DNA of 61,744 nt, counting the filler, from Diploschistes diacapsis (Eukaryota), in assembly GCA_023645945.1 (NCBI GenBank). It is 12 parts of 12 records of this genome, joined end to end, with 100 filler letters (N's around TTAATTAATTAA, not from the genome) between each part and the next. Parts side by side here need not be neighbours in the genome. Positions count along the whole stretch, not along the records: positions 29,450 to 55,262 come from JALAIB010000199.1; positions 55,363 to 58,507 come from JALAIB010001990.1; positions 58,608 to 61,744 come from JALAIB010001991.1; 9 more parts are not named here. One strand, written 5' to 3'. Below, one piece after another: positions 50,804-61,744 of the stretch. The notes under the pieces were generated by a model. The model had not been told where the DNA came from. It saw nothing but the letters and a program-made list of their open reading frames with translations, and made no database searches. A program made the position numbers and the translations under genes. Positions within the stretch are counted from its first letter, which is position 1. Every line of letters begins with the position of its first letter.

Positions 50804-51836
50804 CTACCCCATAATCTCCTTATAATACCTCCCCCCAATCTCCACCAGATCCGCGTTCTCCAACGGCTCCTTCTCAATCCCCTCGACACACTGCTTCAGG
50901 CTCGCCGCCGCACAGTCCTCCACCTTGACGGACGGCAGGCTGACGGCATTGCTGACAGCCGACACCGCGCCCCGCCCAATGAAGTTGGGGCCCATGATGA
51001 AGCCCGGCTTCGTGACGCAGACTTCTGCCGCGCCGTTGGAGGAGGCGGCGTATTTCAGGAGGAGGTTTTCGCCTTCACCCTGGACAGTCGCCGTCAGTAA
51101 GGGGATGAGGGGTGTCTACGGTGGTATTTGGCAGTTGAAGGGTGGCACAAACAACCCTGCTTCGCAGTGGAAGGCGTCCTCGTATAAACTTGGCTAAGGT
51201 GGGAAGAGAAGGGGAGGACGAACCCGCATCAGCGCATACTCCGGCATCAACCGCGGCGTCTTGCTCTGGTCCCGCTCCGCCGCGACGCCACTGAAGTAGA
51301 CAAAACGCAACGGCTTCCCAGCCCCGTCCGCCTTGCCGCGGACCTCGACCAGCGTCTTCAGCGCCGCCATCGCGTAGTCCTGCGCCACCTCCCGCACCTT
51401 CTCGAACTCGTGGTCTTTCGACTTCCGGGGCGTGATGGCGATGGTCCTGCAGTACCCCCGTTGGCGCTATGCACAAGAGTCCAGGTTAGGAAGACAGTGA
51501 GTGACTATCGGCTATTGACCACTTGTTCTCAACTTCCCAAAACCCCTGGGGGGATCCTTGAACTCTGCCCCAAAAACAGGAAACGCAAACATAAGACGAT
51601 ACATACCAAATACACGCCCCCACCCCCTCCAACTTCCTCCTCTCCTCCTCCGGGTAGGTCTTCATATCGCTCAGCACGACATTGACCAGCTTCGTCCCGT
51701 CCGGGTCCAGGCCCTCCGGCGCTGAGGCGGGCCGCCGCCCGATCGCGACAACGGAGGTGATGGCCTTCGACGTCAGGGCTTGGCGCAGCACCTCGGCGCC
51801 GACGAGGCCGGTTGCGCCGCCGATGGCCAGTTTCAT
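50804..51836 (-). CDS. NAD(P)-binding Rossmann-fold protein (atypical SDR/epimerase-like); exons 51836-51607, 51446-51224, 51079-50804
   Basis: MKLAIGGATGLVGAEVLRQAL...ACIWTIA...RFVYFSG...MRGEGEN...KPGFI. Confidence 0.9.
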
Positions 51837-52490
51837 GGTTTGCTTTTTCTGACGGGAATAGGGGGGCGAAGGAGGTAAAAATGGGGGTTTATGTAAGCTG
51901 TACGAAGAAGGCGTGCCACCGCTTTCTGGGAACAACGGCTGAGGGATTGAATCGGAAGAAGGTGAGGGGGGGGAAGGAGGGAGAAGTAGACGATGTTTTA
52001 TATTCCTGTCCAAAAGCAGATGTTGTGCGGGAAAGCCTCCTAATATACGTCTTCTAGGTACATCCCAACCTCGTCCTACCTGCTAGCACGTGGTGAGTAT
52101 GTAGCGCTTATACCCACGTTTCGTTAACTTAATTCTTAGTCAGAATTTCGCCCTGCAAAAACGCTTTTCAAAGTTCTTTGGAACAGCAGTAGGGAGCGTT
52201 GTCCGAAGCTTTTGGAACAGTAGCAGGAAGCATCTTCGAAGGCCTTCGAAGCAGTAATTGAAGTGGCTTTTTAAAGCGATATTAAAAAAACAAAAACTAA
52301 ATTTAACTCGATTGCTTTTTCATCACGTCGAATCTTAGGGGCGAAATATATCCTGGTTTCATCGTAGTAAAAAAATCTGAATGTGGTATATGGCGGGTCA
52401 GCATTTTCGAACTATGTCTTCTGCAGTATGCGGATGTAGCAACTACCCTTTCAAGCTCCATGCCTTTTTTTTACGCTACGCATCTGGGGG

Positions 52491-52693
52491 TGTATTACTG
52501 GAACAGGAGAGCCCAGGCCAGTTTGACGGAGAATGGGATATATTTGCGGACACCGCGGTGGTGGAGATACGGGGAACGGCGGCGTTAATACCTACCGCGC
52601 TGGTTATAACGCCGTTGATCCTGTTCGAGTCAGTTTTCTTCCGGCTTTTTGTTTGTCGACTAGTATTCTGTAAGATGTTCCCAATGTTCTACA
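52491..52693. mobile_element. Possible short LTR remnant
   Basis: TGTA...TACA termini preceded by a G-run (PPT-like) within an AT-shifted region. No target-site duplication found. Confidence 0.3.
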
Positions 52694-53001
52694 ATATTCA
52701 TGTCACAGGTTCGATCACGGTTGATAGGAACATAAAGTATAGCAATATATGCACGATTGCTATATCTTGCGATATCATTTGCGTACCATACTGCTGGCTC
52801 CGGCATGCCCTTCGGCTTTCTTTCGTATTAGCGGTCATATCCTCATATCCATCCTCTTTGTATCTACAGCGAAACCCCTTGCTCAAATCTAACCGATTGG
52901 GTATTAACGCCAGATGAACAAGCCTCGCTATGAAAAGTGCCCAGATGTCGTCCACGCTATGCAAAGTCTGTACAAGTCCAGATTGTTGACTCCCTCCTAA
53001 A

Positions 53002-54171
53002 CTACCGTCGCGATCCTCGTCCTGTGTTCCTTGTGTGGCGATCGGAAGATGCGCTGCCTAGAATAATATTAGAACAGTTCAGAAAACCAGGGGATGGGCA
53101 GTACTCACTTGCGCTAGTGGTATAATCATCGTAACTGTAAGTGTAATCGCTTCCAGTGTACTCGGTCTTTCCCTCCACTTTATTTTGGTTACTCCTCCTT
53201 CTCAGCCCAAGGATGACTGCGAGGGCTGCCAAGCCGGCTCCGACACCAACCAAGCCACCGACACCACTGCTCTCTTTCTTGGGACGGTCGACTTTGCCTG
53301 GGAGCATTCCGAACATTCGTCGTGGCGGAGGAGCTCCGCCAGACCCGTGATGCGAGTGGTGAGTTTCAATATAGGTGGTAGTCTCCTTTCGCTTGTTCTT
53401 GCCCGTGATGGCGCCGAAGATGCTGCGGCAGCACAGACAAGCGAGGACGAAGAACAGTATCAACAGGCCAACAAGGACGCCGATGACGATGCCAGCAATG
53501 GTTCCAGAGCTCAGTCCGGTGTTAGTGGACACTATCTGACCGGTGATTGCGCTGCCGCTGCTGCCGACGGGTGTTTGGAAGGGTATCGTCGTGGTAATGC
53601 TCACAGCAGAAGTTACGGTTGCTGTGCCTATGGAGGTTGGAGCGATGAAGTTGGAGATTGTCGAGGACTGTGCAGGAGCTCCAGACGAACTGCCACCGTA
53701 GGCAATGCACTGGTTGCCGTTGCACCACTCGTCCTGCTGGCAGCATTGTGATCCGCAGAGGCTCTCGCCGAGGTTGGCATTGCAAGTACTAGGCGAAGAG
53801 GTTGGCGTCGCACCACCACCACCACCGAGCACGGTGTACGTAGTGGTGATCGTCGCCAGGTCTGTCTCAACGTACGTTGTGGTGTAAACCTGGCCTGAGC
53901 CTCCGCCAGGCTGGGTTGCAGCTGCCACGCAGAGTGCTAGGTTGTTCGAGGTTGTACAGGCCTGGCCGGATGAGCAGCAATATGCGCCGTTCCATCCGCA
54001 AAGGGTTCCCCCATCTCCGGCACAGGTATCTCGTAGTTCAAGCGAGCGATTTGACGGAAAGTCATTGGCAAGCAAGGCCCGCGGGAGTGGGTTAGCGAGC
54101 GATAGAGAGATACAGAGCAACGTGACTGCCAATGTCGGGAGGAGGGTGGGTAACAAGTTGTGGGAGTGCAT
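53002..54171 (-). CDS. Type I membrane protein: signal peptide, two Cys-rich modules, Ser/Thr stalk, TM helices (Mid2-like architecture); probable short in-frame intron near the 3' end
   Basis: Hydrophobic N-terminus, CG...CC...C repeats, TIAGIVIGVLVGLLILFFVLACLCC. GTGAGT...CTAAT...TAG at ~53109-53059. Confidence 0.88.
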   Translation of the reverse strand: MHSHNLLPTLLPTLAVTLLCISLSLANPLPRALLANDFPSNRSLELRDTCAGDGGTLCGWNGAYCCSSGQACTTSNNLALCVAAATQPGGGSGQVYTTTYVETDLATITTTYTVLGGGGGATPTSSPSTCNANLGESLCGSQCCQQDEWCNGNQCIAYGGSSSGAPAQSSTISNFIAPTSIGTATVTSAVSITTTIPFQTPVGSSGSAITGQIVSTNTGLSSGTIAGIVIGVLVGLLILFFVLACLCCRSIFGAITGKNKRKETTTYIETHHSHHGSGGAPPPRRMFGMLPGKVDRPKKESSGVGGLVGVGAGLAALAVILGLRRRSNQNKVEGKTEYTGSDYTYSYDDYTTSASEYCPSPGFLNCSNIILGSASSDRHTRNTGRGSRR

Positions 54172-55142
54172 TTTGAAAGAGTTGTTTCGGGGGAATTGTG
54201 GTTCTGCTGTGGAATGCTCGCCGCCGGGGCGGGGTCACCGCTAATTGTCGTCGGTCGGCTTCAACAGAAGGTATTCCTCCTGGAATGCGTACTCAAACGA
54301 AATACGTTGAACGGGTGTCAGTTACAATACCAGAATAGTGTTTGCGGAAGGAATGCAGGGAATGAGGGTGAGGGGACGCAAAAGACTTGCTATCTATGAC
54401 CGTTTGCTGCGATCCCAACCACGCCGATTTCTCCAACCACCCACCACTGCCTCAGATGCACTACTGGAAGATCGGCCCGCAACACCAAACACAAGAGAAT
54501 AAGGTGAGTATGAGATGCAAACTGAGTTTCTAATATGCTTTAAAGCCCGAATAATAGGATAATAAGCTTCAATGAATGATTCTTCAATAATGCACGGAGA
54601 TGCAGCTGTGCGGATCAGATTCAGACAAGGCGGCAATGTTTACTTTGCTCGCTTCCCAAAATTAGGCCGTTGGACTCGGGAGCACCAGCTGCTCCGCACC
54701 CTCTCCATACAAGCTTAATAGGGGCTGACAGTTAATCTGCGTACACACTAAGTCACCTCCCACACCAAAATCTTGTATTTGCCCCCAAACTCATTTGGGG
54801 AACTCATTGCTCAACTGTGAGCTACACGGCTTGGCAAGTACGGTATATTTCTAGAGGGGTGCGGAGAGCAGGCAGTGTTCCCCAGTCAAACGGCTATAAT
54901 TGAAGCAGAATAATTATTAAAACTCCGAGGCATACACACGACACCACATCACATGGGGCAGATCAATCCTGCATAGTATAAGCTGTATCATCGACCGTGA
55001 GCCCGGCCCCAGACCTCCATATTCCATCACATATACATACTGTCTCAACCGATAATCAACGCCATAATCCCAGGCCCGATTTAACTCCCCCCCCTCCCCC
55101 AAAGAAGGAAAAAGCGCCAAGGACGATAAACAGGCAGTCAAG

Positions 55143-55241
55143 ATGCCGGTCCATCGCATCACAATGTTCAAAATCCCCGACCCAAGCGCCTATCCCAGCA
55201 TCAACCAAGTATACAGCAAGCTGCAGAGCTCCGCCACAAAG
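55143..55241 (+). CDS. Stress-responsive A/B-barrel (Dabb) protein, exon 1; truncated by contig end
   Basis: MPVHRITMFKIPDPSAYPSINQVYSKLQSSATK followed by a GTTCGT donor, the typical fungal Dabb first exon. Confidence 0.7.
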
Positions 55242-55362
55242 GTTCGTCCCTCCCCCCCAAATNNNNNNNNNNNNNNNNNNNNNNNNNNNNNNNNNNNNNN
55301 NNNNNNTTAATTAATTAANNNNNNNNNNNNNNNNNNNNNNNNNNNNNNNNNNNNNNNNNNNN

Positions 55363-55520
55363 GGTGCGCCCTGGGGTTCAGGTCCCCCTGCTGCCACAGC
55401 CACGCACCTACATATAGTGTAATAGGGAAACAGTGCTTCGGGGTTCCTGAAAGCATTGTGTTAGTCTTTTGGCTCAGTGGGATAGCGCTACCCTATTAGG
55501 CACTTCCCCCCGCTGTTACA
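55363..55520. mobile_element. End of a different LTR inserted into the Copia integrase
   Basis: GC-richer tract ending TGTTACA, directly followed by integrase KNQSDQRIKRFHSDN. Confidence 0.55.
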
Positions 55521-58239
55521 GCAAAGAACCAATCAGATCAAAGAATTAAACGCTTTCATTCTGACAATGCGCTAAAATATAAAAGCAAGGCGCTTACTGG
55601 CTATTTCGCAGAAAAAGGAATAATAATTACTTATTCCGCACCTTACGCGCCGGAACAAAATGATTCCGTAGAAAGATTAAATCTAATTTTACTAAATAAG
55701 GTTAGATCGCTACTTATTTAAGCAAAGCTTAATAAGCAATTCTAGAAGGAGGCGCTAATAACCGCGATTTACTTATATAATCGAACATCTTATTCGGTAA
55801 TAAGTTTCAATACTTCCTATTTCCAAAAAACAGATACTAAGCTTAATTTAAAAAACATTCAATTATTCGGCTCATTAATCTATCGAACCGAGCCAATAAA
55901 ATCGAAGCTAGATCTTAGGGCAAAATCTTACATTCTAATAAAGTATAGATCTAATTAATACAAGCTTCTGAATCAGACTACCAACAAAATACTATTCGTT
56001 AAAAATGTGACTGTTTTAAAGGACGCTAAGCCTATTTAGGTTAATATTATAGAACAAGAATTACCTACTTTAAAAAACTTAGAAGAAGTAACGCATCTAA
56101 TCGACCTACTTACGGCAATTTACTAGAAGATATCAATAGTAACGATATCGATAACAACGATATCAATATTAACATTAATTTAAACGATGCAGGCGATCTA
56201 AGCGACGACGCTAGTCCAAATATAGACATAGACGACGATAACTTAATTAATATTAATCTAATAAACCAGCTAGCAGAAGAATTAGCTTTAACAGCTATAC
56301 CTGATCCGGTTAGTTACGAAGACGCCATGTCACGTGACGACTGGGAGAAATGGTGAGAGGCCATGAAGGCCGAAATAGCTAAGCTAATTAAGCAAAATAC
56401 GTGGACACTGGACACACCGCCAAAGGGCAGAAAGATTATTTCCGGAAAATGGGTCTATAAAACCAAGCTAGGCCTAGATGGGACACCGGAGAAATACAAG
56501 GCCCGGTGGGTGGCACGTGGTTTTTCGCAGCTACTGGGGATCGATTATTCCGATACATTCGCCAGCACAGCAAAAACAGCAATATTTAGGCTATTAATTA
56601 GCCTAGCCACTAATCTCGATCTGGACATCTGGCAATAAAACGTTATGTCAGCATTCCCTAATGCCGACCTAGATAAAATCATCTATATAATCCAGCTAAT
56701 AGGATTCGAGGATTCAACCGACAGGGTTTATTTATTAAACAAAACCCTTTACGGCCTAAAGCAATCTGCCCGTCAATAACAAAAAAAGCTTATAGGGGTG
56801 CTAGTCAAATGCGGACTAGCGCCGATTACGTCAGATTAAACTATTTTTATATAGGTTAACCCATTAATCATTATCCTAACACATATGAACGACATGCTGA
56901 TATTTTTAATTAATAAAGAAGTAGTTGACAATATATTCAATAAATTAACGGCTGAATTCGAAATGACTAATATAGACTAAATTAGTCGATACGTCGGTAT
57001 TAAAATTATCCGAGACCGAAAAAACAAAAATACGACGATTATTTAGCGAGGATACGTCAAACAATACCTAAAAAAATACTAAAAAGGTATTAAAACCGCA
57101 ACTAACTTTTACCGAATAGAAATAAAATTAGAATCTAATCCCAAATAGGCTAGCGCGGATGACATCAAGGCATATTAATAATAAATAAGGTCGCTTATTT
57201 ATTTAGTGATAATAACTAGATCTGATCTAGCCTATCTAATAAAACTATACGTTAGATTTATATAGAATCCAGGTTTAGACCATTTCTCGGCGCTAAACCG
57301 CATTTGGTAATACCTACGTCATACCTGGAATTTCGGTATATCATATAATTAGACCTTTTATGGCCTAAAAGGCTACTACGATTCTGATTGGGGGGGGGAT
57401 TATGAAAGCCGAAAATCAATTAGCGGTTATTTATTCTTAATCGGGACTAGCGTCATTTTCTAGGTATTTATTCTGCAAAAGACAGTGGCGCTTAGCAACT
57501 ATGAGGCTAAATATATGGCGTTAAAATAAGCGATAAAAGAACAGTTATATCTAATTAATACACTTAGTTAAATTCTTTATTTAGATAAGGAATTAATTAA
57601 ACATATTTTTATAGATAGTTAATCAGCGATCGAGCTAGCGAAATACCCTGTACATCATAAGCGGACAAAATAAATTGATATTTAGTATCATTTTGTTCGA
57701 AACAGCGAATGAAAAACAAAGATATATATTTAAAATATATATCCACCAATTAGTAGCTAGCGGATAACCTTAATAAGGCAGTACCTAATCAAAAATGGCA
57801 GGAGTTTATATCCATAATAGGACTAGTGCGAGTTCATTAGTCCTATCAGACCTATCCACTGACTAACCCATTTATCTTATGGGGGTGTGTCAGAATACTA
57901 ACCTAAATAGGTTAGTCAGATTGCTTATTAAGCTTCTTAGCATGTTAGAATATTCTGGAAGGTTCTAGAATATTCGGCTTATTAATGCATGGAATGATTT
58001 AGAAGGATAAGGAACATTCTAGATTAAATTATTACTAATCACACTAGCGTGAAATGTGCCTATAAAAGGCCTCTCACCCTTTATCGTTCTTAGTTATAAC
58101 CTTCAACCTCTTCAATGCAATCATTGAACAATAATTAGTTACCAGGCTAGGCAGGCTAGGAATATTTCCTAGTTAGGACTAGCTGCTGAATCCATCTTAG
58201 TCATCTGTTATCTATTAGGAACTTCCACCACTTTCAACA
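55521..58239 (+). mobile_element. RIP-degraded Ty1/Copia element: integrase, RT, RNase H, PPT, 3' LTR (57888-58239)
   Basis: RFHSDNA, SAPYAPEQN, KWVYKTK...KYKARWVARGFSQ, LYGLKQS, YYDSDWGGD...RKS. GGGGGTG PPT, then TGTCAGAA...TTCAACA. Confidence 0.93.
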
Positions 58240-58492
58240 GTTTCACCACGAAACGGATCATCCCACGAAGCGGAACACAATTCCTGCACCTTCGTAAAGT
58301 ATATTTCTTAAAGGCCGAAGAACGGGGTAATATGGTTAAGAGCGCTAGATCGAGCGCTTCCATATTGGTACGAAGCTAAATCTGTTCTCAACTACAACTA
58401 CCCCGTTCTTCGGCCTTTAAGAAATACACTTTACGAAGGTACAGGGATTGTGTTCCGCTTTGTGGTGTGTTCCGTTGTGTGGTGAAACACGT
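58240..58492. mobile_element. Fot1/pogo-type MITE with ~90-bp terminal inverted repeats
   Basis: ccttcgtaaagtatatttcttaaaggccgaagaacggggta mirrors taccccgttcttcggcctttaagaaatacactttacgaagg. Right end ...GAAACACGT|TA. Confidence 0.85.
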
Positions 58493-58800
58493 TATCATAG
58501 AGCCTTGNNNNNNNNNNNNNNNNNNNNNNNNNNNNNNNNNNNNNNNNNNNNTTAATTAATTAANNNNNNNNNNNNNNNNNNNNNNNNNNNNNNNNNNNNN
58601 NNNNNNNGCGTTAAAATCTTTATTTTATTACTATATCTAATATTTATTACATAATACCTTCCCGTAAGAATATAAAACCCGCGCATTAGACGTCGAGCTC
58701 TTTTATTTAATTAAAATATAACTAAATTATAAGTCGAAATCTTGTTTGAGTTGCATTGATTGCATAGGTACAATCTTGCTAATTCAGCCTCCCTCACTAG

Positions 58801-59878
58801 TCCGCTTGTGTCTGGCCATGAGATTATTGGACATGTTGCTAGCGTCGGTGAAGGAGTGTCGGGCTGGAAGGTCGGGGATCGGATCGGAGGAGGCTGGCAT
58901 GGCGGACATGACGGTAAGTCGTGGCGGTAGTGACACCAAGTGCCAAAGTCAAAATATCACTGACGGAAGGTATCCAACGAAGGCACGTGCCATGCATGTC
59001 GGCAAGGTTGGTTCCAGATGTGTGACAATCAGGTAGTCAATGGCGAGACCAAGAATGGTGGCTGTACGTGCGATCCCAGTCCAACTCTCGCGCCTGTGTC
59101 TTCGCTAATCATCTTCGCTACAGATGCCGAGTACTGCAAGCTGCGTGCAGAAGCCGGAGTAAGAGTGCCGACTCATGTGGACGCCGCCAAATACGCCCCG
59201 GTTCTCTGTGCTGGGGTAACTCGTTTCAACTCAATTCGACACCAGAAGCTCTCTCCAGGTGCAACTGTGGCGGTTCAGGGACTTGGTGGTCTGGGCCATC
59301 TAGGAATTCAGTACGCAAATAAGATGGGCTACCGCGTAATTGCGATCTCTCGGGGGTCCGACAAGGAAGAGTTTGCCAGAAAACTCGGCGCACACGAGTA
59401 CATAGATACCAGCAAAGGTGATCCTGGGGAGGCCTTGCAGAAACTGGGAGGCGCGTCTCTTATCGTTTCGACCGCACCAAGCGCAAACGTTATGACGCCT
59501 CTACTGAAAGGTCTTGGTATCCTGGGCAAGCTTCTCATCCTTTCCGTACCAGGTGAAGTACCAGTGAACACCGGTGTAATGGTAAGACTTCCATCCAAGC
59601 TTTGAAACACGGCCTTGAACTCATTTTTGATCACCTAGCTCCGCTACGCACTCTCAGTACAATCGTGGCCTTGCGGTCATTCTAATGACACGGAACAAAC
59701 TATTGCCTTTACAGAGCTCGAGAACATTGATTGCTTGGTTCAGAAATTTCCTCTAACCAAGGCTCAGGATGCTTTCGGTAGGTCCTAGTGGAATCGTGGG
59801 TTTCCTCTATATGCTGACGAAATAGACGCAATGCTGCAAGGCACTGTCCGCTTCCGTTCTGTGATCACCATGGAGTAG
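58801..59878 (+). CDS. Zinc-binding alcohol dehydrogenase (MDR family), 5' exons missing, several introns
   Basis: GHEIIG, GDRIGGGWHGGHDGTCHAC, APVLCAGVT, QGLGGLGHLGIQYA, ...GTVRFRSVITME*. Upstream sequence is AT-rich RIPed DNA. Confidence 0.85.
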
Positions 59879-60353
59879 TTCCAGTAAATCGGTTGAGAAT
59901 AGGTAAAAGATACTAAATCCCAGTTCCTCTATCTTTAGAAGGCAGAGAACCCCGTGCACGTGGCAAATACACGTCTCGTGTTTTTAAGTGCTAGAGGAGA
60001 ATTGGGGCATATTCATTCATCATAAGTAGAGGCACCTTCACTTTGCTGTGCTTATTTATAAAATGCGTCTATACGGAAGAGGCTTTTTGCAGCCCTCAAT
60101 AAGTCTGGGATAAATGATGATGAAGGTGATTTTCAGCGCTCCCCGTATTTCGCGGCTGTCTCAACCGATTGCTGCTTTACAGAAATGTTAAGATTTCTCG
60201 TTGCTTTGTCAGAATACATGGACTGTCCTTTCTTAGAGCATCAATCGCATTTTTCATGATCACGCTGTTCATCTCTTCAGCTGTGAGGTATCATGGCTTC
60301 ACACGCTTTGATTTCCTTATCATTCCTCATTTTTATGCTACGAGAAAGTAGGA

Positions 60354-60647
60354 ATGGCCGAAGCAGCAGCATTACTGGATTCAGCAGCTTCAACCGCTGA
60401 AAAGCCACAGGCAGGGTATTTGGATGAATCGAAAAAAGAAGAATTGGGCAGTGCAACAAGGTCTCAGGATGTTGAGAAGGCCACAGACGCAGAACAAGAA
60501 GCGCAGACTTCCGAGGATGAGCGTTCTGCTGAGGAAGCAGCACGCAAGGCCCAAGAGCCGCCATGGAAGACGCTCATCCACGACATCGTGCTTGTTATCA
60601 TCTTATGCTTTGTTCAGATCCTCCTCCAGGCTTCTTTAGGGCCGTAA
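60354..60647 (+). pseudogene. Truncated N-terminus of an MFS-like transporter
   Basis: Acidic leader with DVEK, then a first TM helix HDIVLVIILCFVQILLQASLG, ending abruptly with no continuation. Confidence 0.45.
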
Positions 60648-60699
60648 TAGAGAGACAGCTAGCCTGTGCAGAGGGACACCCCAAGAAGATTGAAGGATA

Positions 60700-61600
60700 T
60701 TCCTCGCTAGATTGACCGATCAGATCGCTTGCTTTTCTTTATCTAGTTTTGACCTTTCTGCACCTTATTTTTGGCATTTTTTCGAACTTTTCTGGCCACC
60801 CATTTGGTCAGTTTCTAGCATTTCTTAGCCTGCCTTTTGGCGTGCGTTTTCGAGCATTTAGATACTCTGTTTACGCGTTGTTTCTTGCGCGCTTGATGCG
60901 CATCTTGAGCTCAGCTTGAGCTTACACCTTGGAGGCCTACCAGTTCTGTTAGCAGGCCAGGTAAGTCTCCAAACGCCTTGATATTGACTAGATACAGCTC
61001 ACGATCCTCAACTCTCGCCGCCGCGCCGCCGTCTCTTCCCTCCGCTCGCTCCTCCATTCTCTGCCTCCCTCCACGATCCCCCCCCCTCTCTTCCTCCCTC
61101 TCTTCTTCCTCTTCCATTCTCGTCGCTGTCCTCCATCTCCCTCTCACAACCCACACTCTCTGAGGTGTCCTGCTGTTGAAGCATGGACCTCACCGTCATT
61201 CCTGTTGATTGGGACACCAGGGGTTATTATGCAGCCATTTTTTGTGTCTGCCTCCGCCTCGGTCTGCTCCGCCAGAAAGGTTAGCGTAATGGTTTTTGTA
61301 GCTAGTTCCGCAAGCTGGGTCTTGCTGTCGTCTGTGTCTAAGGCCTCCTCTGCTTTTGCTAATTTTCTCCCTCTCCCGGATCCTCGCTGTCGTCCTTGCC
61401 CTCGCCCTCTGCCGCGCCCTCTGCCCTGCCCTTTTTCTTTTCCTTTAGAATCCCTGGCGTCCTCTGTAAACTCTTATCCGTGGGATCTCTCCTGGTGGAG
61501 CCTAATGCCACCCTTCTGGTTGCCGCTGGTCCTCGCTGTCGCGGAATTACTGAAAGCTCTCGAATTCTTATCAGAGAACTTGAAGGATCGCTAGGCTTAA
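60700..61600 (-). pseudogene. Decayed, highly charged low-complexity ORF with an intron, probably transposon-derived
   Basis: Minus-strand E/R/G-rich reading, a GTGAGC...GCTAAC...TAG intron (~61002-60937) and several in-frame stops. Confidence 0.3.
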
Positions 61601-61744
61601 AAAATCAGAGCAGTTATTGTGACCGAAATAAATATATATTTTACCATTAGCCTTTACGCCCTTTTTGCGGGTCTTTCAAGTGATGTTTATTATAAGTTTT
61701 TTTACACCCACGCTCCTTTAAAACAAATATCACCATTCGAATCA

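Overview
Fungal (filamentous ascomycete, Pezizomycotina-type) nuclear DNA. It is not one locus: 12 contigs are concatenated with an artificial 100-nt N44-TTAATTAATTAA-N44 linker (eleven ~3.1-3.2 kb contigs in decreasing size plus one 25.8 kb contig at 29450-55262), so adjacency across linkers means nothing. GC-balanced parts carry intron-containing genes: an F-box/LRR protein, complex I 9.5 kDa subunit, TSR2, a GDSAG esterase, LSM5, RPB11, the PAN1 C-terminus, EMP65/TAPT1, DUG2, an NAD(P)-binding protein, a Cys-rich membrane protein, a Dabb protein and a Zn-ADH. AT-rich parts are RIP-degraded nested transposons (Gypsy/chromovirus, Copia, Fot1/pogo, Tc1, hAT-like, MITE). The main finding is an unannotated candidate telomerase RNA gene at ~42.3-43.5 kb, folded by hand. 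It has a TATA box, core-enclosing helix, boundary hairpin, CCCUAACC template, PK1/PK2/PK2.1 pseudoknot and a CR4/5 P6-P6.1 junction, and its pseudoknot insertion carries an antisense ORF with a consensus C2HC zinc finger. Other notable items: a palindromic contig with a head-to-head 131/261-bp satellite and a Zn-ribbon gene, a decayed KEX2-processed repeat-peptide precursor, and a fold-back gag relic.
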